Shown here: positions 32,521 through 44,124 of the stretch, piece after piece | How the letters are laid out: each line of letters begins with the position of its first letter | Numbering within the stretch: the stretch's first letter is position 1 | Assembly (NCBI GenBank): GCA_964016885.1 | Contig: OZ024742.1 | Span: 29,884,001 to 29,948,000, forward strand | From: Eledone cirrhosa | Taxonomy: Eukaryota | Length of the DNA: 64,000 bases | Reading direction: 5' to 3' | Translations under genes and position numbers: made by a program | The notes under the pieces: model-generated | Seen by the model: only the letters and a program-made list of their open reading frames with translations | What the model was told of the DNA's origin: nothing | The model's database searches: none

Positions 32521-33418
32521 TAAGAAACCATTAATACCCAGGTAGTAAAATGGTTGAGGGGGAGATTTGTATATACCTGAAATCGAACTCACGACCTTAC
32601 GATTGCGAGCCGAATATCCTAACCACAAAGCCACTCTCCTTCACTCTGGCGGCTGTATAAACCGTTTGTAACACTACAAACAATGGCTGAATCAATTTTA
32701 GTAATTATTAAAATCTCAATTTATAGATTCAATGATTATATTTGACAATTTTTTTTTATTCTCTGCCTGAAAAGTGAACAGAGAGATGATGATACCGGAA
32801 GAAAACTAATTTGAAATGGCCACACGTCGGCTAATCCGGAGAATTTGAAGAGACGCATCTTTTGGTAATGAACGAACGACATGAAAATGTCAATCTGGTA
32901 TTTTATATTCTTTGTGTAGACAGAAAATTTGATTAGTTCTCTGTGTATATTACTGGATATATACACATACATACATACATATACACATATAAACACACAT
33001 ACAGACATATAAACACACATACATACATAGGTACATACATACACACATACAGACATATAAACACACATACATACACACATACAGACATATAAACATACAT
33101 ACATACATAGGTACATACATACACACATACAGACATATAAACACACATACATACATAGGTACATACATACACACATACAGACATATAAACACACATACAT
33201 ACATAGGTACATACATACACACATAAAGACATATAAACACACATACATATATAGGTACATACATACACACATACAGACATATAAACACACATACACTTGC
33301 ATGCATAATATGCAGAGACATGAACACACACACACATACATATGAAACACTTACAGACTCATGGAACACATAGTTATACGGACACACACACACACACACA
33401 TATGTATATATATATATG

Positions 33419-33459
<41 letters not shown>

Positions 33460-33489
33460 TATGTACATATATATATATATATTATATAC

Positions 33490-33543
<54 letters not shown>

Positions 33544-33831
33544 ACAAACGAAGACACACATAGTCATCTGTTAACGTAGACACATACATACAACAATATA
33601 CTCCTACATACATATACTGTCGTAACGAAACACGTACATATATATATATATAACCTATATACAACACACGCACACACACACATATCCTATATACAATATA
33701 CACACACGCACACACACACAAACTCACATACACACACAAACACACGTACACACACAAACAAATGAACACACACACACACATGTACTCTCTATCATATACT
33801 ATTTCTCCGCTGCATCGTAACACACTCTCTT

Positions 33832-33930
<99 letters not shown>

Positions 33931-34048
33931 TACTCATTCTCTCTCTTTTTCTGACATACGCAGCTATACATATATACGCCCCCGCAAACTCACACACACA
34001 CACACACATATATAAGAATACATACACACATATATGTATATATATATA

Positions 34049-34090
<42 letters not shown>

Positions 34091-35087
34091 GTGTGTGTGC
34101 GTGTGTGTGCGTGTGTGTGCGTGTGTGTGCGTCGTGTGTGTGTGTGTGCGCGTGTGTGTGTGTGTGTATGTGCGCGCGTGTGTGTGTGTGTGTTCGTGTG
34201 TGTGCGGGTGTGTGTGTGTGTCTGTGTGTGTGTGCGCGCGCGCGTGTGTGTGCGTGCGTGTCTGTGTGTGCGTGTGTGTGTGTGCGTGTGTGTACACATA
34301 CTCAAAGTAACGGATATTCTATTACACACAGATACATACATTACAACATGCAAAAAGTCAGTCAGACAGACACATACACCCAACCATGTGTGTGTGTGGG
34401 GGGGGGGGGGTCAATGAGTGAGTGTGCGCGCGTCCATGTGTCTGTGTGATTGTGTTTTATGTGTGTTTGTGCATTTTATGTGTGTGTGAGTGTACGCGCG
34501 TACAAGTGTATCAGTGTGTTTGTGTGTGTGTATCTGTGTGTGTATGTGTGCATGTGTATATGTATATGTGTATGTGTATGTATATGTGTATGTGAGTGTA
34601 TTTGTATGTGTGTATGTGTGTATGTATGCGTGTATGTGTATGTATGTGTATGTGTGTATGTGTTTATTCACGGCTGCTGTTCTATGTGTCAGTTCTGAGA
34701 ATTTAATTACCACGTTGTTTTACTGCCTCACTAACTGTGTAACAACCTGAAGGGATCTCCGTCGCCTTCGACTATAACTCTTACAGTTGTTTGATCACCG
34801 GAACTGCCTACTCGTGGAAGCGACGTGCGCGTGACTGATCACTTCACAGACACTTGTACTCTTAATATAATTCTCAGGGAGACTCAGCGTGACAATATTT
34901 ATGACAAACGTCCCCTTGAATTACATGCATAATAATCCATGAGACGGGCTTCTAGCCAGTTTCTGTCTGCCTATTTTCACGCACTAGGCTTTTGTAGACC
35001 AAAGACTTCGGTAAAAGACAAAAGCCCAAGATACTGTGCAATGAAATCATTGTGTCCACTCTGCAGCCTGACTGTCTAAGTTTGTGG

Positions 35088-37712
35088 TTGTCTTGTCTAA
35101 CTACCTCAGTGATTGTCTTACTGTCTAACTATCTCAGTAATTGTCTTACTGTCTAACTACCTCAGTGATTGTCTTACTGTCTAACTACCTCAGTGATTGT
35201 CTTACTGTCTAACTACCTCAGTGATTGTCTTACTGTCTAACTACCTCAGTGATTGTCTTACTGTCTAACTACCTCAGTGTTTGTCTTACTGTCTAACTAC
35301 CTCAGTGTTTGTCTTACTGTCTAACTACCTCAGTGTTTGTCTTACTGTCAACTACCTCAGTGTTTGTCTCATTGTCTAACTACCTCAGTGTTTGTCTCAC
35401 TGTCTAACTACCTCAGTGTTTGTCTCACTGTCTAACTACCTCACTGTCTAACTCCCTCAGTGATTGTCTTACTGTCTAACTACCTCAGTGATTGTCTTAC
35501 TGTCTAACTACCTCAGTGGTTGTCTCGTTGTCTAACTACCTCAGTGTTTGTCTTACTATCTAACTGCCTCAGTGATTGTCTTACTGTCTAACTACCTCAG
35601 TGTTTGTCTTACTGTCTAACTAGCTCAGTGATTGTCTTACTGTCTAACTACCTCAGTGTTTGTCTTACTGTCTAACTAGCTCAGTGATTGTTTTACTATC
35701 TAACTACCTCAGTGTTTGTCTTACTGTCTAACTACCTCAGTGATTGTCTTACTGTCTAACTACCTCAGTGTTTGTCTTGTCTAACTACCTCAGTGATTGT
35801 CTTACTGTCTAACTACCTCACTGTTTTCTTACTGTCTAACTACCTCAGTGTTTGTCTTACTGTCTAATTACCTCAGTGTTTTTCTCACTGTCTAACTACC
35901 TCAGTGTTTTTCTCACTGTCTAACTACCTCAGTGTTTTTCTCACTGTCTAACTACCTCAGTGTTTGTCTTACTATCTAACTCCCTCAGTGATTCTCTTAC
36001 TGTCTAACTACCTCAGTGTTTGTTTTACTGTCTAACTACCTCAGTCTTTGTCTTACTGTCTAACTACCTCAGTGTTTGTCTTGCTGTCTAACTACCTCAG
36101 TGTTTGTCTTACTGTCTAACTACCTCAGTGTTTGTCTTACTGTCAACTACCTCAGTGTTTGTCTCATTGTCTAACTACCTCAGTGTTTGTCTCACTGTCT
36201 AACTACCTCAGTGTTGGTCTCACTGTCTAACTACCTCACTGTCTAACTCCCTCAGTGATTGTCTTACTGTCTAACTACCTCAGTGATTGTCTTACTGTCT
36301 AACTACCTCAGTGGTTGTCTCATTGTCTAACTACCTCAGTGTTTGTCTTACTATCTAACTACCTCAGTGATTGTCTTACTGTCTAACTACCTCAGTGTTT
36401 GTCTTACTGTCTAACTAGCTCAGAGATTGTTTTACTGTCTAACTACCTCAGTGTTTGTCTTACTGTCTAACTACCTCAGTGATTGTCTTACTGTCTAACT
36501 ACCTCAGTGATTGTCTTACTGTCTAACTACCTCAGTGATTGTCTTACTGTCTAACTACCTCAGTGTTTGTCTTGTCTAACTACCTAAGTGATTGTCTTAC
36601 TGTCTAACTACCTCAGTGTTTTCGGACTGTCTAACTACCTCAGAGTTTGTCTTACTGTCTAACTACCTCAGTGTTTTTCTCATTGTCTAACTACCTCAGT
36701 GATTGTCTTACTGTCTAACTACCTCAGTGTTTTTCTCATTGTCTAACTACCTCAGTGATTGTCTTACTGTCTAACTACCTCAATGATTTTCTTACTGTCT
36801 AACTACCTCAGTGTTTTTCTCACTGTCTAACTACCTCAGTATTTGTCTTACTGTCTAACTACCTCAGTGTTTGTCTTACTGTCTAATACCTCAGTGTTTT
36901 TTCACTGTCTAACTACCTCAGTGTTTTTCTCACTGTCTAACTACCTCAGTGTTTGTCTTACTGTCTAACTCCCTCAGTGATTCTCTTACTGTCTAACTAC
37001 CTCAGTGTTTGTTTTACTGTCTAACTACCTCAGTGATTGTCTTACTGTCTAACTACCTCAGTGTTTGTCTTACTGTCTAACTACCTCAGTGATTGTCTTA
37101 CTGTCTAACTACCTCAGTGTTTGTCATACTATCTAACTACCTCAGTGTTTGTCTTACTGTCTAACTACCTCAGTGTTTGTCTTACTGTCTAACTACCTTA
37201 GTGTGTGTCTTGTCTAACTACCTCAGTGTTTGTCTTACTGTCTAACTACCTCAGTGTTTGTCTTACTATCTAACTACCTCAGTGTGTGTCTTACTGTCTA
37301 ACTGCCTCTGTGTTTGTCTTACTGTCTAACTACCTCAGTGTGTGTCTTATTGTCTAACTACCCGAGTGTTTGTCTTACTGTCTAACTACCTGAGTGTGTG
37401 TCTTACTGTCTAACTACCTCAGTGATTGTCTTACTATCTAACTACCTGAGTGTGTGTCTTACTGTCTAACTACCTCAGTGTTTGTCTTACTGTCTAACTG
37501 CCTCAGTGTTTGTCTTACTGTCTAACTACCTGAGTGTGTGTCTTACTGTCTAACTACCTCAGTGTTTGTCTTACTGCCTAACTGCCTCAGTGTTTGTCTT
37601 ACTGTCTAACTACCTGAGTGTGTGTCTTACTGTCTAACTACCTCAGTGATTGTCTTACTGTCTAACTACCTGGGTGTGTGTCTTACTGTCTAACTACCTC
37701 AGTGTCTAACTA
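35088..37712. repeat. 28-bp minisatellite (about 90 units)
   Basis: CTGTCTAACTACCTCAGTG(A/T)TTGTCTTA repeated, with higher-order duplication. Confidence 0.95.
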
Positions 37713-37869
37713 TAATTACTTGACCGTCTAAATCCCTCTCTAACTACGTCACTGCTTCGTCTATCTAACTAATTGCATTATTTCCTGTTGACGTACCAAA
37801 TGTCTCTGACTTAGTCTAAGAAACTGATGAACTATTTTACTGCTTGATTGTTTGAAAGTCGGCCGGCCT

Positions 37870-38609
37870 TCTCTATATCTCTTTGTCTCTCTATCTCTCT
37901 TTCATTATGTCTATCTTTCTGTTTTTCTTTCTGTCTCTATGTCTCTTTCTCTCCCTCTCTCTCTATTTATCTATCTATCTATCAATATCTCTGTCTCTAT
38001 CCTTCTTTTTGTAGGTCCGTCCCTCTCTCTATATCTCTGTCTGTCTCTCTATCGGTTTCCTTATTTGTCTTTCTTTCTCTTTCTATCTCTTTGTCTCTCG
38101 GTCTGTCCGTCATTCTAACAGCCAGTTCCATTCACTCACTGCCTCACTGTGTACCTCTTCTTCTGTCAGTCTCTCTCTCTATCTATATACCTACATATCT
38201 ACTTACATATCTAGTTATCTATATTTCTATCTATCAGTCTGTCTGTCTTTCTGCCTATCTGTGTATCTATCTACCTATCTACCTATTTCTCTAACTATCT
38301 ATCTATCTGTCTATCTATCTCTCTAACTATCTATCTGTCTATCTATCTACCTATCTACCTAGTTCTCTAACTATCGCCGAGGTTAACTTTGCCTTTCATC
38401 TTTACGGGGTCGATAAAATAAAGTACCAGTAATACACTGGGTAATTGCTGGCCTTGTGCTAAAAGTAGAAACAATTATTTTAATAAAGAAATGTATCTAT
38501 CTATCTATCTGTCTATCTATCTACCTATCTACTTATCTCTCTAACTATCTATCTCTGTCTATCTACCTATCTATCTATATAACTATCTACCTATCTCTCT
38601 AACTATCTA

Positions 38610-38652
<43 letters not shown>
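37870..38652. repeat. Degenerate TCTA/TCTC/TCTG tract ending in pure (TATC)7; landing site of the LINE array
   Basis: Direct reading; interrupted by a SINE fragment at about 38376-38480. Confidence 0.85.
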
Positions 38653-38653
<1 letters not shown>

Positions 38654-38854
38654 GATAGAGTAAGACACGCTTCGCATCGGCTCCGCTATTCCATCGGGAT
38701 TTACCCTTACTATTGTAAGTACCGGATAAATTTTTTAGTGCAACACATTTGGAACACTAACCCCTGTTATTTAGGGAAACATTTTTGCATTTACCCCCTT
38801 TTTAGGGGGTAAAATAAATATCTATTTTTGCCGAAAAATTTCTTTCTTGGCAGC

Positions 38855-40690
38855 ATGGCGGAAAAAATGGCAGACATGTCTGCCATTAGCTCTGCCACGC
38901 CCCCCAAGTCTGAAGAACAAAAAATAATTACAACAAAATTAGACATTGAAACAAACAAACAAAATGAAAAAACAAATGTTAAGGAAAATGAGCAAACAGA
39001 AAACAAACAAACAGAAAATAATACAAATAACGACAGGGCAACTTTCGCCCAGAAAACAAAGCAATCCATTACATACACACCAATTGACCTAACTGCCGCC
39101 AGAGAAAAACTGGCCGAAGCAAAGAAACATATTGTTTTGGGGGAAAACGGAATGTTTTCCATTAACTCCCCCCCAGAATTCAAGAAAGCCAGAGCAGAAA
39201 ACACAGTTATATACAGAACTATACTAAACCAGTCAAGAAAGCCAGCACAGCCCAGCCAAATGGAAATAGAGTTAGTCCTAAAAGACTATATGAAGAATAT
39301 TCTCTTCATACGAAAGGACCGACTCTATGGCAGCATTTCGGTCCTAACAAGAGACAAAGAAACGGCGGTTCAGCTTTCCCTAAGCCCACTCTCGTCGACA
39401 ACATATAGCTTCTATCCCTCCTACATGGGTAGAAGAACTCAGAGAATAAAAGTAAAAACAATGCTGCCCACAATGGACTTCTGGTGGGCTATTGCTGGCT
39501 TCATTGATATGGGCGAAGACACTATGCTGTCAATGGGGAAGGCAACTGGAGATGCGTTCCTGGGAATGGGCCTCGACATACTAGTCCAAATGAGGCCCGA
39601 AAGAATAGCACAAATCCCGGATCGCATCTGGCTGGATGACCTTACCCCAATAGACATAATTGTAGAGGGGAGAAGACCAGCATGCTATTTATGCATGGAA
39701 AGGGGACACGTTAAGGCTAACTGCCCGAAACGTATCCCCCAAAAAGGACTATTGCCCACACCCACCACAAACAGTACACCAGCACCACCCACCTCCAAAA
39801 ATACACTAATACCACACACAGCAAACAAAATACAGACACCACCAACCACAAACACAACACAAACATCACCACCACCAGCACCAAACACAAGCACGACACA
39901 AAAATCACCACCACCAACCACAACACAAACATCACCACCACCATTACCAACCACAAGCACGACACAAACATTACCACCACCACCACCACAAAACCCATTC
40001 CAAACAAATAATAAAAAAAACAGTAACAAATCTACCCCTCCCGCAAAAAAAAAACAACCACACAACACGTCCCTCCCACCTAGCGCTGAAGAGTTTCCCC
40101 CAACTTCTGAAGAAGAAGGAGGAGAAGCCTTCAGACAAGTTAAAAGAAAAAAAAGAAAACACACACCCAGCACACCACAAATAACCCACACACAAACACC
40201 AACTCCAATCAAAAACACCCCACCCTCAACAAACAAAAATAAATCTGCGCCTCCCCTCTCCGAAACATTGACAGCATCACAAAAAAAGACGTTGCAATAC
40301 ACATATATAAATAAAGAAAACAAAAAACTGGTTAAATTAATAAACAATAACCCTATGGTGCAGACCGAAGGGCCAAACTTTATCTCAACAGAGAACTTCA
40401 CCCATTTAAAAATGATAAAGGTCCCTCTGGACCTTTATCGTTCCTTAAAAGAACAATTTAGACGGGACGTGAGCCCCCCCTGTTTAAAACCGTTGAATCG
40501 CGTCCTCTTGAAAGATTTCCCCATAACCGCCCCTCTCCCTGACACAACTCCAAATACCCCAACCCCACCACACACGTGTACCCCCACACCACCACAAAAC
40601 ATCCCTCCACCCAACACACCTGATGCCATGGAAATTACGCCACCCGGAGAGGTAAGTGCTTTTCTTTCTTCACTTTCAACACCAAAATAG
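38855..40690 (+). CDS. LINE ORF1 (gag-like nucleic-acid-binding protein, 611 aa from first ATG), copy 1
   Basis: CCHC zinc knuckle CYLCMERGHVKANC (C-x2-C-x4-H-x4-C), then a Pro/Thr-rich low-complexity region and basic KRKKRK. First ATG at 38855; the ORF track begins at an upstream TTG (38828). Confidence 0.9.
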   Translation: MAEKMADMSAISSATPPKSEEQKIITTKLDIETNKQNEKTNVKENEQTENKQTENNTNNDRATFAQKTKQSITYTPIDLTAAREKLAEAKKHIVLGENGMFSINSPPEFKKARAENTVIYRTILNQSRKPAQPSQMEIELVLKDYMKNILFIRKDRLYGSISVLTRDKETAVQLSLSPLSSTTYSFYPSYMGRRTQRIKVKTMLPTMDFWWAIAGFIDMGEDTMLSMGKATGDAFLGMGLDILVQMRPERIAQIPDRIWLDDLTPIDIIVEGRRPACYLCMERGHVKANCPKRIPQKGLLPTPTTNSTPAPPTSKNTLIPHTANKIQTPPTTNTTQTSPPPAPNTSTTQKSPPPTTTQTSPPPLPTTSTTQTLPPPPPQNPFQTNNKKNSNKSTPPAKKKQPHNTSLPPSAEEFPPTSEEEGGEAFRQVKRKKRKHTPSTPQITHTQTPTPIKNTPPSTNKNKSAPPLSETLTASQKKTLQYTYINKENKKLVKLINNNPMVQTEGPNFISTENFTHLKMIKVPLDLYRSLKEQFRRDVSPPCLKPLNRVLLKDFPITAPLPDTTPNTPTPPHTCTPTPPQNIPPPNTPDAMEITPPGEVSAFLSSLSTPK

Positions 40691-40695
40691 ATCAA

Positions 40696-43600
40696 TTGAG
40701 AGTTGGCTGTTTGAACGCGCGTGGCCTGAGCTCAGCTTGGAAGCAAGCAAAGCTTCTAAGTGACCTCAGGTCACAAAGTATAGATGTGATGGTTGTTTGC
40801 GAGAGTCGGATCAGCAGCGTGAGACAGCTGGCGCCCGCCTTCGATGACTTTGAGATGCACGCATCTCTCTGTCAACCCGGAGCCGGGGGGGGAGTTGCCG
40901 TACTGCTGGATAAACGTCTGACTCTCAACGTACAGATTGTTCACTCGGACCCGGGGGGTCGATTACTGGTGCTGGACGTCGGAGGTGGTGAAGGCGGGGC
41001 TTTCAGACTGGTCGGTCTTTATGCTCCCTTCGGGGCGGAGAGAGCCGACTTCTTCCAACGTCTGGAGACTTTTCTAGGAACGTCGCGTTCCCTGCTTTTA
41101 GTGGGGGACTGGAATGGAATCCTAGATGCGCGTTGGGACTATGCAGGGGCATGTCCCGATAGAGGGGGGTGTAGCAGCCTCAAGGGGTTACTCGATCGAT
41201 TCGACCTGGTCGATAGATTTCGACTAGATTGTCCAACTGCGCCAACCTGGACCTGGGCAAACCGCAGTGGACAATCTAGATCGTACCTAGATAGGTTTTT
41301 GGTTAGGAGTAAGGATAGGGACGTATTTAGTTGTCCAGAACTGATCATGGTTGGCTATTCAGATCACAAATTAGTGACCTGCGTGGTCAACCTTGATAGA
41401 ACGCATAGACAGGGTCCCGGTTACTGGAAGATGAACTTGTCCTTACCGACAAAGAAAGATTACAGAAACCGGATTAGTAGCTTAGTTAAGATGCGGTTGA
41501 CGGGAGCGATCGTCAACAGTAGGTGGTGGATATCTCTAAAGAGAGAGATTAGAGTAAGTTCGATAGGTTACAGTAAGGAACTAGCGGCGAATACAAATAG
41601 GAGGGAAAGGGAGTTAACAGATAAACTAGAAGAGGCGATTAGGAGCGGAGACGTAGCCAGAGTGTTAGCGACGAGAACGGCATTGAGCCAGTTCTTTGAC
41701 GCGAAGCACGAAGGCTGCGTTGTCCGAAGTAAAATACGTGCTTTAGGAAACGAGGGGACCAAAGCTGTTAGCTGGGCCCGCGTGACAGAAGCCAAGAGTG
41801 GGATTAAATCCACCATTCGGTCTTTGCGAGACCAGGATGGACGGGTGATCCTTGAACCTGAGCGAATGTGCGAGACCTTTCAAAGGCACTTTGCTCGACT
41901 GTTCGGAGGTGGCGGGGGGCCGGACGGGGATGTGGACTTCGGTCCATACCTCGACGGTCTACCGCGTCTTTCGAGCGGCGAAGCGGAGTGCTGCGAAGGG
42001 CCAATCACAGCCACTGAAATCGGGGAAGCGCTCAGCCAATGCAGCAGACGCAAATCCCCGGGTCTCGATGGTCTACCATACGAACTTTATTTAGCTATGC
42101 CGGTCTTGTTCTCCGAACTCCTCGAGGCTGTCTATTGCAACTGGCAACAGAACGGGAGAATTCCCTGTTCTGTGACCAAGGGCGTGGTCACGCTAGTGAG
42201 GAAGGACGAGAGCAAGGGGGACGACTTAAGTAACTTTAGGCCCATAACTCTGCTGAATGCAGAGTTACAGATTTTGGCCAAGGTGTTGACGAAGAGGTTG
42301 GCGCTTGTGGTGGGTGGTTTGGTGGGAGACGCGCAGACATGCGCTATCCCGTCCAGGTCCATTCACGACAACCTCCACCTCATGCGATACATCATAGAGA
42401 GGGTTGGCTACGAACCCGGCTTTGGTGGGGCCCTGATCAACTTGGATCAATCTAAGGCGTTCGATAGGGTCGACCATGGTTACCTGGATGCGGTGCTAGC
42501 GGCGGCGGGCTTCGGACCCGTTTTCAGGGGCTGGATTTCTGCCATGCACAGTGGCAACATCTACTCTAGGATTAAAGTAAACGGCTACCTCTCGGAGCCG
42601 TTTCAAATCACCCGATCCATCAGACAGGGGTGCCCCCTCTCCTCCCTTCTGTACGTATTGACTCTCGAGCCACTGCTGCGGAAGTTGGAGTTGCTGCGGG
42701 GCATACCCCTGGAACCGGGATTGCACAAAGCGGTCTCGGCCTATGCCGATGACGTAACAGTAATGGTGGCGGACGCCTCGGAAATCGGGGCGATCGCCAC
42801 CCTACTGGAGGAATACGAAAGGCTGACGGGGGCTAAGCTGAACCAGGACAAGTCAGTCGGTTTGCAACTCGGAACGTGGAGGGGCAAACCGATGCCGTTA
42901 GACGGTGTCGTCGGGCGGTGGACGGAGGGCCCGGTGAAGCTGCTCGGGGTCTGGTTCGGACCGGACCTCCAGGTGGAGAAGAATTGGGGCGAGGTGACGA
43001 GCAGGGTGTTTGCGCTGACCCAGAAGTGGGCCAAGTGCAAACTATCACTGAAAGGTCGGGCGGAGGTGACGAACGCTTACATAGCGTCCGTCATCTACTA
43101 CCGCCTGACCGTCGTGCCTTGCCCCAAGGAAAAGCTCACCATCATGGAACGCATGCTCTTCCAGTTCCTCTGGAAGAAGCGGCCTCCCATGGTGAGGAGA
43201 TCCATCTGCTGCCAGCACCCTTCGAAAGGAGGGCTGGGTATGCCGTGGCTGTTGATGCGTAGGCACGCATTGAGGCTACGGCATCTACAGGTATTCCTCA
43301 ACGGTCAGCCGGTGTGGGCCCCGTTTGTGAGGCGAGCCTTCCCACAGCTCGTCTCGCTCACCGAACTGCAATCCTGGGTGAAGCAAAGACCGAGAAAAAT
43401 GGGCAACTGGCACACTGAGTGTGCCCAGGCGCTCACGGCTATCTGGCAAGCGGACCCGACTGTCAGTGGAGAATCCACCTCGACATTCTATAGAGGGTTG
43501 GTGGCTAGCAGGGGCGACGACACCCTTGGAGAGTCGCTAGGCATGGAGGAGGACGAACTGGCCAGCCTGTTCGGTAGAACTTTCGGCCCGGGACCCATGG

Positions 43601-44124
43601 ACAACTTCCAGAGGTCCCTAGCCTGGCAGTGTTACCGGGGGGCTCTGCCCGTTCGAGAAAAGCTCTACAGACACGGGCGCCCGGGCAGGGATCCCGCGAA
43701 AAAGATCTGTCCCAGATGCGTGCGCGACGAGGAAACCGTTGCGCATGCACTGGTACACTGCCCGGGCGTTGCCGATCTGTGGGGCTACGTCGAACGACTG
43801 CTGTCGCGTGTGGCGCCGATTCGATTAACCGCCGAGTCTGTGGTGAACATCAAGCCGCCTCCTCCCTTCAGAAATGAAGCAGAGGCGGTCTTTCTGTGCG
43901 TAATAGCCATGATGAAAGAGGTTGTGTGGTGGACGCGCCTGAAAGGTCTGAGGTCGGGTGACTTTCTCTCCGGCCATCACCTGGTTTACTTCTTCCGATA
44001 CCACTTCGGAAGAAGAATCAGGATGGAGAGAGAAGTGCTTGGTCCCAGACAGTTTTATGAAAGGTGGGTGAAAGAAGCGAGAATGGCCCGTGTAAATGGG
44101 CCTTCTCTCTACATTGTTCTGTAG
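40696..44124 (+). CDS. LINE ORF2 (APE endonuclease, reverse transcriptase, C-terminal CCHC), copy 1; non-AUG start
   Basis: APE motifs LNARGL, VCES, GDWN, YLDR, SDH; L1/Tx1-type GPGYWKMN; RT motifs FRPITLLN, DQSKAFDRVDH, RQGCPLS, YADD; C-terminal CPRC-x8-H-x4-C. Uninterrupted 1142 codons. Confidence 0.95.
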   Translation: MRVGCLNARGLSSAWKQAKLLSDLRSQSIDVMVVCESRISSVRQLAPAFDDFEMHASLCQPGAGGGVAVLLDKRLTLNVQIVHSDPGGRLLVLDVGGGEGGAFRLVGLYAPFGAERADFFQRLETFLGTSRSLLLVGDWNGILDARWDYAGACPDRGGCSSLKGLLDRFDLVDRFRLDCPTAPTWTWANRSGQSRSYLDRFLVRSKDRDVFSCPELIMVGYSDHKLVTCVVNLDRTHRQGPGYWKMNLSLPTKKDYRNRISSLVKMRLTGAIVNSRWWISLKREIRVSSIGYSKELAANTNRRERELTDKLEEAIRSGDVARVLATRTALSQFFDAKHEGCVVRSKIRALGNEGTKAVSWARVTEAKSGIKSTIRSLRDQDGRVILEPERMCETFQRHFARLFGGGGGPDGDVDFGPYLDGLPRLSSGEAECCEGPITATEIGEALSQCSRRKSPGLDGLPYELYLAMPVLFSELLEAVYCNWQQNGRIPCSVTKGVVTLVRKDESKGDDLSNFRPITLLNAELQILAKVLTKRLALVVGGLVGDAQTCAIPSRSIHDNLHLMRYIIERVGYEPGFGGALINLDQSKAFDRVDHGYLDAVLAAAGFGPVFRGWISAMHSGNIYSRIKVNGYLSEPFQITRSIRQGCPLSSLLYVLTLEPLLRKLELLRGIPLEPGLHKAVSAYADDVTVMVADASEIGAIATLLEEYERLTGAKLNQDKSVGLQLGTWRGKPMPLDGVVGRWTEGPVKLLGVWFGPDLQVEKNWGEVTSRVFALTQKWAKCKLSLKGRAEVTNAYIASVIYYRLTVVPCPKEKLTIMERMLFQFLWKKRPPMVRRSICCQHPSKGGLGMPWLLMRRHALRLRHLQVFLNGQPVWAPFVRRAFPQLVSLTELQSWVKQRPRKMGNWHTECAQALTAIWQADPTVSGESTSTFYRGLVASRGDDTLGESLGMEEDELASLFGRTFGPGPMDNFQRSLAWQCYRGALPVREKLYRHGRPGRDPAKKICPRCVRDEETVAHALVHCPGVADLWGYVERLLSRVAPIRLTAESVVNIKPPPPFRNEAEAVFLCVIAMMKEVVWWTRLKGLRSGDFLSGHHLVYFFRYHFGRRIRMEREVLGPRQFYERWVKEARMARVNGPSLYIVL

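Noticed and set aside
32578-32632. tRNA-like sequence on the minus strand
   Set aside because: A/B boxes are present but there is no complete acceptor stem; best read as a SINE head.
35088-37712. CRISPR-like appearance of the 28-bp repeats (also 30855-32112)
   Set aside because: Units are contiguous with no unique spacers, no cas genes, and the context is eukaryotic.
38700-38813. TAACCC/TTAGGG telomere-like words in the LINE 5' UTR
   Set aside because: Isolated single units that form parts of hairpins; the element junctions are TATC, not telomeric repeats.
39685-40401. 238-aa antisense ORF within ORF1 and other short ORFs overlapping the LINEs
   Set aside because: Shadow frames of a biased coding strand; broken in copy 4; no recognisable motifs.
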